From NCBI GenBank assembly GCA_000004985.1, contig GG738847.1: a stretch of 64,000 bases of DNA; one strand, written 5' to 3'. The notes beneath the pieces were generated by a model, which saw nothing but the letters and a program-made list of their open reading frames with translations, searched no databases and was not told where the DNA came from. Below are positions 42,052 through 53,136 of the stretch, in pieces; position 1 is the stretch's first letter; every line of letters starts with the position of its first letter. This DNA comes from Naegleria gruberi. Lineage: Eukaryota. Made by a program: the position numbers and the translations under genes.

Positions 42052-44448
42052 TTACAATCTGTCAGCTAGTTCAGAATAGGTTGGGGCTGTTTCAGAGAGA
42101 CCCTTTCGAATACGAATCTTGTTAACTAATTCTGTAAATCTATCGGTGGAGCCAATAATTGGTTGCCAATAATCAAAGATAAATTGAGAAAATATTCCAT
42201 TACCAATCAATATATCATGAATTCCAAAATATTCCGATATTGGTACATATCCTTTGACTTGTATGTCTGAATGCCATTCAGTTTGTTCAAAGATTATTCC
42301 CCTTCTTCTATTTAATGTTGAATAGAGTGTTCCCAAATCCGATTCCTTACATTTAAATTCTCCTAACAAGATTGGTTCCAATAATGTTGGTTCAGAATCC
42401 AGAATACATGCATGGCAACATCGTCTCACTGTTGGAATTATCTGACCTGCTCCTCTGTGAATAGAGTCCGAGTTCATGCATACATCCTTGAGATTGATTC
42501 GTACGCCTCTGACACTTTCTCCACAGACTGGTCCTTCACTCATTGCAAATTTAAATGCACTAATTGAATTGTCCTTCATTTCATTAAGGTTCATGACACC
42601 CTTCGTTTGATTTACTAATACATTTGGACTATTTGCGTCTGGTCCGAAAGTCCAAATCTTTCCTGCATCCTCCAAACTCCAACCAAATTGATCACTCAAG
42701 TATCTAGCTCTATTATTCTCAGGTACTAATCCTCTCTCAATTTCATTTGAAAGTTCCTCTTGAAGTGGTTCCGCCTTCATAAAGAACCTATTATGTTTGT
42801 TAGGTGATTTTGCAAGTGTTTCCCTGTGTGATTCAACTGTGATACTTTCTAGCAAACGAACAATAGGTTCTTCAACTTGGATTTCAATTGAAGGATGAAT
42901 TTGTTTGAATTGACTGAGAATGGAGTGTAAATGAACTTCACTTACGACAGAAAGTACTTTCTCACCAGTATATTCATCTAAAGAAAATTTCATTAAAGGA
43001 TCACATTTGCAAATCAATTCCATTCCTTTGATAAGTTGTGGAAGATTGGCTTGTTTCTCCGGCTCTACAGAATAGCTGATCATTGAATGAGGTAATTTCA
43101 ATTCGGCAAATGATTCAGCTTCCAGATTTGAGCTTTCACTTATGGTAGCTCCACTACATGTTAGGAACTTTTCAATTCCAATTAATCCAACAATGGATCC
43201 ACAAGTTGCTTCTTCAATTGGCTCAACAATTGAACCATTGATTTTCACAATTCCAGTTACTGTCTTTTCTTCAAATACATTCTTTGGTCCTAATATTCTA
43301 ATTGGTGTCTCAATGTTTAGTTTTCCTGAAAATATTCTGCCTACAGAATAAACTATTCCATCAATAATTTCAGATTTAGTAATATGCATCATTAAGGGAC
43401 CATCGGGATCACAATCCTTGATTGCAGTTCCAAAAGTATCTGTGAGAGTACCAGTGTAGATATTTTCAACTCTGCGTGGTTGAGCCTTTTCTGGAGAAGG
43501 CAACTGCTGATAAATCATATTGAGTATAGTTTTTGAGGCAGGAAGCCACCGTTTCATAACTGATTCTGTTAATTCCAATTCATTTTCTTCTGAGGAAATA
43601 CTAATACCGAAAGGGTTTAACAATTCTTCCAGTGTTGGACTTGCATTTTCGTACAATGTTTGCAAAACTTTTTGAATAGGTTTCAAAACAAACTGGCAGA
43701 AACCTCTTTCCAAACTGTCTTGCTTTGAGTCTTTCAACCATTTACCACTCTCAGCATCAAAGTAATTATCTCCCCACAATTTTTCTGCCACAACATTCAC
43801 ATCCATTCCAAACTTTTTCGAATAAAACTTGGCAAAATCATGCAAATTAAAAGCCCAACCTCCCAATGCAGATCCAAAAGCAACATGACCATTCTGTGGA
43901 TAAATCTGTTCTGGTTGCTCAGCATAGGTACAAATCACAACATTGACAGATTCAATAATTCTCAACATGCACTGATAAATTTCCTCCAATGAAAATTCAT
44001 TCCTCAATAACAAAACTTCCAACTTGTTAATCATGAGAATGAATCCAAGTTTCTCAGTGATAGCCTGTCTCAATACCATCTCTGAATGATAACCCAAAGA
44101 ATTGTATCCCTCCAAATTGACCACCAACAAACAACCATCACTCAATCTAAGGCTTGTATTCACTTCGGAAGTTAATTCCAATCTTCCAGGACAATCCAAT
44201 ATATTGATAGTACTGTTACATTCCGAATTATTCGTCTTGGCAATGAATTTCTTGTAATGAATTTGTGTTTTAAATATTGTTCTTGTTGCTATTGTTGTAT
44301 TTTCTTCATCTTTATTCCGATGATCAACAACATCATCATTAGAATGATTGATCAATAATTTGGTGAGTGTTGATTTTCCAGATGAATACTCTCCACAAAT
44401 TGATACATTTCTAATCAGTGATCGATCCAAGAGTTGATGTTGAGACAT
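42052..44448 (-). CDS. Protein in the EF-G/EF-2 family of GTPases (EFL1/Ria1-like) with degenerate G motifs (798 aa).
   Basis: The P-loop position reads ICGEYSSGKSTL instead of G/AHVDHGKT. The G3 motif reads DCPGRLE instead of DTPGH. Domain order and length fit EF-2-like factors. Single exon. Confidence 0.55.
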   Translation of the reverse strand: MSQHQLLDRSLIRNVSICGEYSSGKSTLTKLLINHSNDDVVDHRNKDEENTTIATRTIFKTQIHYKKFIAKTNNSECNSTINILDCPGRLELTSEVNTSLRLSDGCLLVVNLEGYNSLGYHSEMVLRQAITEKLGFILMINKLEVLLLRNEFSLEEIYQCMLRIIESVNVVICTYAEQPEQIYPQNGHVAFGSALGGWAFNLHDFAKFYSKKFGMDVNVVAEKLWGDNYFDAESGKWLKDSKQDSLERGFCQFVLKPIQKVLQTLYENASPTLEELLNPFGISISSEENELELTESVMKRWLPASKTILNMIYQQLPSPEKAQPRRVENIYTGTLTDTFGTAIKDCDPDGPLMMHITKSEIIDGIVYSVGRIFSGKLNIETPIRILGPKNVFEEKTVTGIVKINGSIVEPIEEATCGSIVGLIGIEKFLTCSGATISESSNLEAESFAELKLPHSMISYSVEPEKQANLPQLIKGMELICKCDPLMKFSLDEYTGEKVLSVVSEVHLHSILSQFKQIHPSIEIQVEEPIVRLLESITVESHRETLAKSPNKHNRFFMKAEPLQEELSNEIERGLVPENNRARYLSDQFGWSLEDAGKIWTFGPDANSPNVLVNQTKGVMNLNEMKDNSISAFKFAMSEGPVCGESVRGVRINLKDVCMNSDSIHRGAGQIIPTVRRCCHACILDSEPTLLEPILLGEFKCKESDLGTLYSTLNRRRGIIFEQTEWHSDIQVKGYVPISEYFGIHDILIGNGIFSQFIFDYWQPIIGSTDRFTELVNKIRIRKGLSETAPTYSELADRL

Positions 44449-44751
44449 TTTTTTAATAATTTAATAATTTTTAAATTATTAATTATTGGAAATATTCATT
44501 TCTAGAATGAACATTCATTCACAATCATAATACTTTCAATTTAACAGACTGAAAGATAATTCAATAGTTTCTAATTTCCTTAAATGAGATTATTATAAAG
44601 CTATTCGAAACAAATGTCCTTAATATCTTTAATTTGATTTCAATCCCAATATTTCTCATTATTATTATTCAATTATCATAATCAAACATTCACACGATTA
44701 TTATCAAATTTCCTGTCAACTGCCATTTTTCATCTAAAAAAAAACGTCAAA

Positions 44752-45930
44752 ATGCACAAAAAGACTCTCATCTTGGGCGTTGCTTTATTGCTCTTCGCCT
44801 TGTTCGCTGTTGTAGCAAGAGCTGCCGAAGAACCAGAATTCGAAATGACAGATGCCCTCGACAGATTAACTTCTGGCATGGATTGTGCCAATGAAGAAGA
44901 AGCTTTGGCTGATTCCTTGGTTGAATCTTTCATCAGATCATCAGGTGGTAGAAGCAGTGGTGGTTCCAGAGGTGGTTCCAGAGGTGGTTCTAGAGGAAGC
45001 TCCAGAGGATCATCAAGAGGAGGTTCCAGAGGTGGTTCCAGAGGATCATCATCTAGAGGATCATCAAGAGGTGGTGGTAGAAGAGGATCATCTTCTTCAT
45101 CAAGAGGTAATGGAAGAAGAGGTGCTTCTTCATCATCAAGAGGTAATGGTAGAAGATCCAATGCTAATTCTGGTGGTGGAAGAAGAGGTGGAAACACTAG
45201 AGGAGGAAACAGAAGAGGAGGAAATACTAGAGGTGGAAACAGAGGTGGAAACAGAAGAGGTGGAAATACTAGAGGAGGTAATAGAAGAGGTGGAAATACT
45301 AGAGGACCATCTAGAACTAGACCATCTACTAGACCAACCAGACCATCAACCAGACCAACTACAAGACCAACAACTAGACCAACTACTAGACCAACTGCTC
45401 CAGTAGCTGCTAGACCAACTGTCAATACTCCTGCTGGTCCAGTCGGTTCAAAGATTGCTGCTGCCATTTCTTCTAGATATGGAAATGTTGCCAAGCCAGG
45501 TGGTTATTGTGCTAGAGCTGTCAGAACTGCTGTTGAAGGTAAGTGAATTGTTGGAGTTTTTGGAGTTTTAATTCTCTATTAATATTCGAATAATTCTAGC
45601 TGCTACTGGCAAGACCATTCAAAGAACTACCAGTGCTAAGGATTATGGTCCAAGTCTTGAAAAGGCTGGATTCAAGAAGGTTTCTGGTCCACCAAAGGTT
45701 GGTGATGTTGCCATCTTTGGATCTGTTCCTGGACATCCTCACGGAGTAAGTAGTTATGAAATATTTCACACCAACTAATCTTATTAATTATGCTAATGAT
45801 GTTTCTTATATAGCATATGCAAGTATACACTGAAAAGGGATGGGTCAGTGATTTCAAACAAAGAGATCAATTCCCAGGTCAAGCTTACAGAAGTAGAAAT
45901 GCTCAAATGACAACTTACAGATCTGAATAA
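44752..45930 (+). CDS. Secreted CHAP/NlpC-P60-type cysteine amidase or peptidase with a long Gly/Arg/Ser-rich and Pro/Thr-rich linker (about 349 aa). It has 3 exons at 44752..45538, 45600..45745 and 45814..45930, with introns of 61 and 68 nt.
   Basis: Signal peptide MHKKTLILGVALLLFALFAVVARA, then SRGG, RRGGNTRGGN and TRPTTRP repeats. The catalytic region is split by two GTAAGT introns: GGYCARAVRTAVEG, then AATGKTIQ...GDVAIFGSVPGHPHG, then HMQVYTEKGWVSDF. A Cys...His pair with the GDV.IF and GH..V pattern is typical of CHAP domains. Confidence 0.7.
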
Positions 45931-46046
45931 ATTTTTTGTCATTTTGTCCAACAAATTCTCATAATTTATTGTAAAAACAATTCAATTATGAGGACTACAG
46001 TTTAATATTTACAACGGTCGAATATTTACTTTGAAGTTTGGTGGAA

Positions 46047-47241
46047 TCAAATCTTTTTACCTTTTTGAGATGTTTCAATAATCTCAAATTCGGATATCAT
46101 TTGAGAAATCATTGAATCAAATGTTTTGGAATTATGTTTCGTTTGTTCATGAGATAACAGTTCAGTCTTGACAGCATCAAGCTTTGCTTCCACTTCTTTC
46201 CATTCCTTTGAAAATATTGAGGTAACAGAGGTCTTGTAGCTTTCGGCAATTGCTTTGGCAAGCTGCTCCACCAAATCATCATTGGTCATGAGATCTTTCC
46301 TTACATCCATTGGTATTTCAAGTTGCAAACCTGGCATTCCCAATAAGATAGATTGATGACTAATTGTTGTTACAGTATTATCTCCCCTAATTGATAATTT
46401 CATTAATATTCGATTGTGCAAGTTTCAGTAACTTACCAATAACCACTAAGATAAGGATCTCTATCAATGGTCAACTTGAATCCAGAATATTTCTTTTTAC
46501 AAGTGCTAACTGCCTTTTGCATTCGATCACAAAAATCCTTCTTTACCTTTTCAGCAAGTTTTTGATCCTTCCACAAAGCCATCATTGGAGCTATTCCAAT
46601 ATCAATATTTCTATCGGCCTTTCTATTGATTTTACCATGAATATCAACATGAAGAGTTGGAAATCCATCGTACTGTTTCTTGAGTTTATGAAGGAAACGA
46701 TGGAATGGTGAGCTCATAAATTGTGAAGCAACCAGATAGTTTGGATCCAAATTACTTTTATCCTAATCTCGTGAATTGCTAAATATTCCACACAACAAAT
46801 ATGAAAACAAACCTTTGGTTTTGCTGTCTTTGGATTCCAAATCACAAAACTTGCCTCAATTCCCAAATACTTTTTAATCTTTAATGAGAGAAGGAGACAA
46901 ATCTCATTCGTGTACAATTCCTTGGAATGAACTCGTTCGGAATCTTGTGATTCCTCTCCTCCTCTATAAACCTGCAAGCCATGAGGTGCAGAAAACAAGA
47001 TAGGACCAGCCAAATGTTCAATATGAGAAACATAAGATCCATTTCCAGATGATTCTGATTGGATACTATACAAATCTTCTTCTGGTGTTGTGAGCTTGCC
47101 TGTCTTTGATTTAGTTTCTAATGTTGTTGATTGTTTCCCCAAAGTAGTAGTAGTAGTAGATGAAGAAGATGAAGAGGTTTTATTTACATGATCATGATGA
47201 TGATGATGAGATTTTTGGTTTTGATACAATCTTAGTAGCAT
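46047..47241 (-). CDS. N-formylglutamate amidohydrolase (FGase)-like hydrolase (about 364 aa). It has 3 exons at 47241..46813, 46762..46437 and 46386..46047, with introns of 50 and 50 nt.
   Basis: Three ORF-track segments join through GT..AG introns (AAG then gtttgt...gattag, and TATTG then gtaagt...aattag). Motifs are ILFSAPHGL (cf. PHAG), TLHVDIHG (D.H), and LSGYWGDNTVTTISHQ (cf. GRFKGGHITRH). Confidence 0.5.
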
Positions 47242-47503
47242 CCGATACGGATGATGAATCTGAATTTAATGCTGTGGTTTTTTTAATACTACTAATTCCC
47301 GTTGTTGTTTTCTTAATGGATCCGATTGAAGATGTTGTACTCTTTGTTTTTCCCTCTGATGATGAAGCACAACTTTTGAGTGTTGGCCTTAATACGGTTG
47401 ATTTTTTCATTTTTTAAAAAAGATCGTAAACTTAAAGTTCATCATCACCCGATCATTCATCATCATATTCAAACACTTTTATAAAGAGATTTATAACTAA
47501 TAA

Positions 47504-48838
47504 TTAACAATCATCTTCATCATCGGGAGAAATGGAATTCCAGCAAGCATTACCATAAAAATCTCTCTTCTCAATATAAAGAGATTGTTGACTCACCTCT
47601 GCTAGTCTTGAATAGATTTCAGATAAGGCAAAACAAAGAACCATTCTACTTTCTTGTTCACCTATATGATTGAGTAAGTGTTCAATTTTTGAGGCATAGA
47701 TTGAAAACACAACCAAAATCCTCTCATCACTCTCCAAGCCCGTCGCTGTATTGTTAATAACAGCTGTAATAATATTTGAGAGTGAATGTGGATAGGTCAG
47801 AATATTTGATAGGGAGCTAATAATTGGTCTAATCATTTCAAATGCAAACAGTTTCAATGTATCACAAATTATCTTCTCTTCCTTACTATCTTGAGCAGTC
47901 ATTTCGCTAATGTACTGAATAAGATTTGAAAGGCAATAGATTTTATCTTCCCTGTCACTAATTCTTCCATTGACCAATATTGAAATTTTCAATACATCAC
48001 ATCTTTCCTTTCCAAATATCAAACCATTAATATAATCATCAAGATCCATTGGAGTTTGGGGTGTATTTAGCACGTTTAAAACATGTCTTAAAGTTTGGAG
48101 CCTTTCTTGTTTGTAATAATAGGACCTCATGATTTCCTTTTCAACAAGGTCAATAACAAATTCTAATTTAATGTTATTCATGAGAAGAGATGCAACAAAT
48201 GGCTCTATTTCATCATTAGGAATAACTTTCACAAAATCTGTAATGAACGAGAAGTATGTTTGGTCATTTGGGCAAATAGTAGAGTAAAACGAAAGATTTT
48301 TCATTGATTCCATAACAAGTTCCTCTCTACACAGTATCGTTTTTGCAAAATAAGAGAGATAGAGTTGAGATAAACCATCAATCCAGTACTTTTCATTTTC
48401 AAAGTATTCGACATCGAGTTGCTTTGAATTATAAGCAACTTCAACACCCCCAATATTTCTAAAAGTATTATAAACGCTCTTCAGTTCATTCCAAATATTG
48501 TCATTCTTTGGACTATTCTCCAATATTGTTGAATAGATTTCGTAATTGTGCATTATTTGTTTGTTTCGTTCTCCCTTAATGTTCTTGATGGACATTGAAA
48601 AAAACACCAAAGCAAGAGCTTCCCTTAGTCTTTGTTTTTGAAATAATGCAAATGATTGTTCATTCACTCTCTGTTCAAATGTTACACTGCCCTGAAGAAA
48701 CTCTGTATGTAATGCGAGAGTAGGATGTTCAATAATGCACTGACATATTATTAAGGCAGTTTGATCATCTGTGTTATCAACGGCATTTTCGGCCTGTACA
48801 GAGTAATCCTTAATATGTAATGATACTCTTTCTGACAT
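47504..48838 (-). CDS. Hypothetical protein (444 aa).
   Basis: Intact single ORF. No recognised motif. Confidence 0.4.
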   Translation of the reverse strand: MSERVSLHIKDYSVQAENAVDNTDDQTALIICQCIIEHPTLALHTEFLQGSVTFEQRVNEQSFALFQKQRLREALALVFFSMSIKNIKGERNKQIMHNYEIYSTILENSPKNDNIWNELKSVYNTFRNIGGVEVAYNSKQLDVEYFENEKYWIDGLSQLYLSYFAKTILCREELVMESMKNLSFYSTICPNDQTYFSFITDFVKVIPNDEIEPFVASLLMNNIKLEFVIDLVEKEIMRSYYYKQERLQTLRHVLNVLNTPQTPMDLDDYINGLIFGKERCDVLKISILVNGRISDREDKIYCLSNLIQYISEMTAQDSKEEKIICDTLKLFAFEMIRPIISSLSNILTYPHSLSNIITAVINNTATGLESDERILVVFSIYASKIEHLLNHIGEQESRMVLCFALSEIYSRLAEVSQQSLYIEKRDFYGNACWNSISPDDEDDC

Positions 48839-49238
48839 TTTTTTTGTTGCAATTGTATTAATTTCTCAGAAATGAGTAGTAGCCTCCTAAGAGATGATTT
48901 CAGTCCTCTCACATATACTTTATACTATCCAGAGTTTCATCTACTCACCAGTCCTCAATTTTCTATTACACAGAAATTGTTAAGAGTTTAATAAGTAAAT
49001 GTTTTGGTATAGAAAACCTTCCATCAATATCAAGACTACAATGATCACCACTCGTAGAACCTTAGGAAGTTCAATTCTATTAAGGAGTGATATAATTTGT
49101 GTGTCCAGAATCCATGGTGTTTGGAGGTTTGGATCAATTTCTAAATTTACTACTTTCTAAAAATATTACACAACTTGTGAATTAATTTTCAATCAATCTG
49201 AAACAAATTCAAAAATACTAAAAAAAAACAAACAATAT

Positions 49239-50366
49239 ATGAATAGTTTCGATAATTTATTGTTGACAGATGATCTCTTGAGAGGAATATATGGCTATGG
49301 TTTTGAAACCATGAGTTCTATCCAACAAGAAATATTAAATCCACAACAACAACAAACACAACCATCACAACAACAACCATCAAACAGTTCAATGATCGTT
49401 CAAGGTCGATCAGGAGAGGGCAAAACCATTGGATTAATTATTAAAGTATTGAAAACAGTTGATTTTCAAAAGGATGATGATGATAATGGTGTAGAATTGC
49501 AAGGTTTAATTCTTGTTCCGAATGAATATTTAGGAAAACAAATAACCAAAGCCATGATTTACTTGGGTGAATATATTAGAAATGCAACAATTTCTGATAA
49601 TGTGAATGAAAATCCGAGAATTCTCATAACCACTCCATCAATAGTCATTGAAAAGAAGATTAATGTATCCAAATTGAAAATTCTAGCATGTGATGAAATG
49701 AATGTCATGTTACAAATTGGATCACCAACTAGAAGATGTATTAAGAGAATTTTACAACAAATTCCAAACGAAACTGAAATTATTTGTGTTGGTTCAAGTA
49801 AATTGCCACCAGAATGTTATATACATGATCAGCATTTGAAACATTCACGTATCATTCAACAAGATAGTGAATTGGGAAGAAATATTTCTGAAAGTTTTGT
49901 TTATTGTCCAAAATTGGAGCAAAAACTTGCAACATTGAAGGAACGTGTCAACACTACTTTTCCATCCAATGTAATATTTTGTAATAATTCTAAAAACAAG
50001 GAGAAATTAGAAGAGATTTTAACACAAAGTGACATACTTCCCTCCATTACAATAACACCAATGGATAGATTATTTCCATACTTTGATACCGTTGTTGGAA
50101 TTCATGATGATTGGTATGGAATTGATATGCATTCATGTGAATTTATTGTTCATTTTGATGTGATTTGTGATGCAGCACTGAGTAGAATAAGAACTGGAAG
50201 AAGTGGAAGATTTGGTAGAGTAGGAAAAGGTCTGTATCTTCCTTCAACATTGGATGAGCTTGATTTTGTGTGTGAATTATTGCTTGGATCTGCCAAATGT
50301 AAATATCAGAGAATAATGATGAAAAATTTACATTATTCAGATATTATGATCCATTGTGATAATTAA
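49239..50366 (+). CDS. eIF4A-like DEAD-box helicase paralog with degenerate catalytic motifs (375 aa).
   Basis: The Q-motif region LLRGIYGYGFETMSSIQQ matches eIF4A LLRGIYAYGFEKPSAIQQ. Motif I is GRSGEGKT (vs AQSGTGKT). Motif II is CDEMN (vs DEAD). Motif III is GSS (vs SAT). Motif VI is SRIRTGRSGRFGRVG. A PolyQ insert sits between the Q-motif and motif I (GRSGEGKT). Confidence 0.6.
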   Translation: MNSFDNLLLTDDLLRGIYGYGFETMSSIQQEILNPQQQQTQPSQQQPSNSSMIVQGRSGEGKTIGLIIKVLKTVDFQKDDDDNGVELQGLILVPNEYLGKQITKAMIYLGEYIRNATISDNVNENPRILITTPSIVIEKKINVSKLKILACDEMNVMLQIGSPTRRCIKRILQQIPNETEIICVGSSKLPPECYIHDQHLKHSRIIQQDSELGRNISESFVYCPKLEQKLATLKERVNTTFPSNVIFCNNSKNKEKLEEILTQSDILPSITITPMDRLFPYFDTVVGIHDDWYGIDMHSCEFIVHFDVICDAALSRIRTGRSGRFGRVGKGLYLPSTLDELDFVCELLLGSAKCKYQRIMMKNLHYSDIMIHCDN

Positions 50367-50501
50367 TTGACATTCAATGTTATGTATCCTTACAATTTTG
50401 ACTCGAAATAAATATGTACTGGATTGCAAAAAGTTTTGTTGTCTGTCAACTAAAAATAAACGTGGTAAAGAATCGAACGAATTTTCCAAACAACAAAAAA
50501 A

Positions 50502-51671
50502 ATGAAAGAACGCACTTCACACCAAGAGAATAAAAGAAAAAGAACCAATCCAGAGGATGATCATCAATATGAGAGTTGGCTTAACGGAAATTTTGATCAT
50601 TCCATTCGCTCGGAAATAATTGAAACTTATGAATTAGATGAGAACACTCTAGTGATTAACCATTTTGGAATTTCGAGAGAGGAAATAATGAAAAGGTTAT
50701 TACATCAACAAGTTGTCAAACCACTAAAGGTGAGGAAAATTCATTCCTCAGAATTATCTTCAGAGAAACAAGAAGAAAAAACTCAAGTGGAAGAAATATT
50801 AACAAAGTTGACTGACCTCAATAGTGATATATGGTTGGAAATTTACGCATTCATTGGTGTTGAGAATGTACTTGTGAATGAAATATTCCTACTTAATAAG
50901 GAAATGATGAGCAACCTATATTGGAATCCTTCATTTTGGTATTCGATTGTTGGAAGAATGTGGAATGGAAATTTGAATCAATTACCAATTCTATATGATT
51001 ATGAATTCGTGAGGAAGTATTGCATTTTCAAGTCGAAACGTTTCTTGGAGCAATTACAAAAGCAAACTTACTATACGAAAGGTCAAGTTTTTCATAGTGT
51101 AATTTCAGATCTACAATCAATTCCAATATTTTCTTCAGATATGAAGGATGTTTGTTTCGTTCAAAAAGTTCTCAATGGAAACTTGAACTATTTTCACGTA
51201 AGAACGGTCCGTGCAGATTTCGTCGCCAGTATTAATGTAATATTTGATATTTTCCTAAAAGAAAAGCTTTCACACCTCAGTTTGCATGTGATACTTAATG
51301 GATCTTGCCATGTTGAATCGACACTTGTGGCAATCTATAATGGTGAGCAAATTCCAATTATCAAAAAAGCAAAATGTGTAAAGAAGGGAATTAAAGAATT
51401 GGTAAGAGTGTTGGGGATTGATGAGAGCGAAATATTCTCACATCTGGGTTTTGAATCTCATAGGTTTGAAAGATTGAAATTTGGAGCATTGATGCAAGAT
51501 GAGTATTTCTTGTGGTTTTGTAATTCTATCCTTGAGTATGTTCCTATTCCAATAGAGCATGCTTATGGATTGGTTGATTATTCGAATGATCCAAACTATG
51601 GTGTTGATGATGAGAGAAATGAGAAAATTGAGGAATACTATCAATTGAAAAACTTTCTCTGTATTCAATAA
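50502..51671 (+). CDS. Hypothetical protein (389 aa).
   Basis: Intact single ORF. No recognised motif. Confidence 0.4.
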   Translation: MKERTSHQENKRKRTNPEDDHQYESWLNGNFDHSIRSEIIETYELDENTLVINHFGISREEIMKRLLHQQVVKPLKVRKIHSSELSSEKQEEKTQVEEILTKLTDLNSDIWLEIYAFIGVENVLVNEIFLLNKEMMSNLYWNPSFWYSIVGRMWNGNLNQLPILYDYEFVRKYCIFKSKRFLEQLQKQTYYTKGQVFHSVISDLQSIPIFSSDMKDVCFVQKVLNGNLNYFHVRTVRADFVASINVIFDIFLKEKLSHLSLHVILNGSCHVESTLVAIYNGEQIPIIKKAKCVKKGIKELVRVLGIDESEIFSHLGFESHRFERLKFGALMQDEYFLWFCNSILEYVPIPIEHAYGLVDYSNDPNYGVDDERNEKIEEYYQLKNFLCIQ

Positions 51672-51760
51672 TTGTGTGAAATAATTTCGTTACAAATATT
51701 CCAAATAATAATAATATACAATTTCTAAATATACAATGGTAACGATTTGATTTCTTCCTA

Positions 51761-52937
51761 TTAAACAGTTTTTTGATAAAAGTCATCCTTTCCATTATCA
51801 TTCTTATTCCATCCAATAACTGTCGATTTAGATTCGGTAGGTAGCACAAGTCCCTCAATGTTAGTATCGACTGGAACATCCAATCCAAGAATCTTTCTAG
51901 CTTGCTCTGCAGTTGCTACTGGTCTTTCGTTTTCCTCACATAATTGAGCTAAATGCTCAACGAGTTGTCTATTATTTTTGGCAATTACTCTTCTCTTGAT
52001 AAGGAAACTGTCCTCAAATCCTGTTCTTGGATGTCCTCCCAATTCCAATGTAATTTTCTGGAATTCAGTATGATTCCATCCTACACCAACACCACACCAC
52101 GTGTAATTTCCTGGTCCAAATAGGCTGTCACATTCTGAAATTAAAAACTTGATAAGAGAGGGTCTACCAGGCATGGCCATATAACCTCCAAATACGAACA
52201 TTAATCGGACTGGGCCTTGAATCCACCCAAGCTTGTACATCATGTGAGTTCTATACAGCATGGAGGCATCAAAGATGGCAACATCAGGTCTGACACCATT
52301 CTGCTTGAATACCTTAATAATTTGTTCAAGATCTTCATTAGTATTCCAATAAATGTCTGTACTCTTTCTAGAAGGTAACTATTTAAAACAAATAATACCA
52401 CCATTGATTAATAAACTCCAAAATAATTATTAAAAAACTTACAAAATTAACAGAACCAGGAGTCCAAGATCCCATCTCTGGTTTCTTATCCAAAGTGAAA
52501 CATTTCACTCTCTCCTCCAAGTTTGGCCAATAATTTCCAGTAGAAAATTGTAAAATCATATCAGGACAATCTCTCCTCACTCCTTCCAATACTCTTTCAT
52601 AATATTCAGCCTTACATGTTGGTTTTCCTTCATCATCCCTCACATGAACATGAATCATTCGAGCACCAGCCTCAAATACCTCACAAGCATCATGAACAAT
52701 CTCTTCAGGTGTAATCGGAACATTCATGTGTTTATTCTTTGTTGGTACATCACCCGTTAATGCTGCTGTAATCACTGCAGGAAGTTTGGAATAATTTCTT
52801 TTCAAATTCTTATCCAAATCATCATTAAGAGAAAATTTAATTGATGATGACGATGAAGATGACGGAATGGATAACAACCAATGAGAATTGATCTTTTTCA
52901 AAGGTGAGCAAATTACCCTCCTACTGATATTGATCAT
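51761..52937 (-). CDS. Beta-keto acid cleavage enzyme (BKACE/DUF849, 3-keto-5-aminohexanoate cleavage enzyme-like) with an N-terminal extension (about 370 aa). It has 2 exons at 52937..52443 and 52378..51761, with a 64-nt intron.
   Basis: PAVITAALTGDVPTK...VPITPEEIVHDACEVFEAGARMIHVHVRDDEGKP and C-terminal GGHPRTGFEDSFLIKRRVIAKNNRQLVEHLAQL...ERPVATAEQARKILGL align throughout with the bacterial Kce family. The exons join through AATTTT followed by gtaagt...aaatag followed by TTACCT. Confidence 0.8.
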
Positions 52938-53136
52938 TTTTTTTTGTATTTTTTTATTTTTAAAATCAATTTCGTGTTCTTCACAAGTTCATAGTTATAT
53001 TAAATAGTGTTACAATACTGCAAGATTATACAATTTAATAGAAAATTACGTGTCCAACTCCATCTTTATTGGTTCTAATAAGAATCTGATGACTTGCTAT
53101 CCTTTTGCTTTGTTTACAATTTTCTTCAGAAAAAAA

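Noticed and set aside
44730-45494. Minus-strand 254-aa Pro/Leu-rich ORF and +2-frame 173-aa Glu/Val-rich ORF over the CHAP gene linker
   Set aside because: These are alternative-frame translations of the GGT/AGA/CCA repeat DNA. Only the frame with the signal peptide and CHAP domain is supported.
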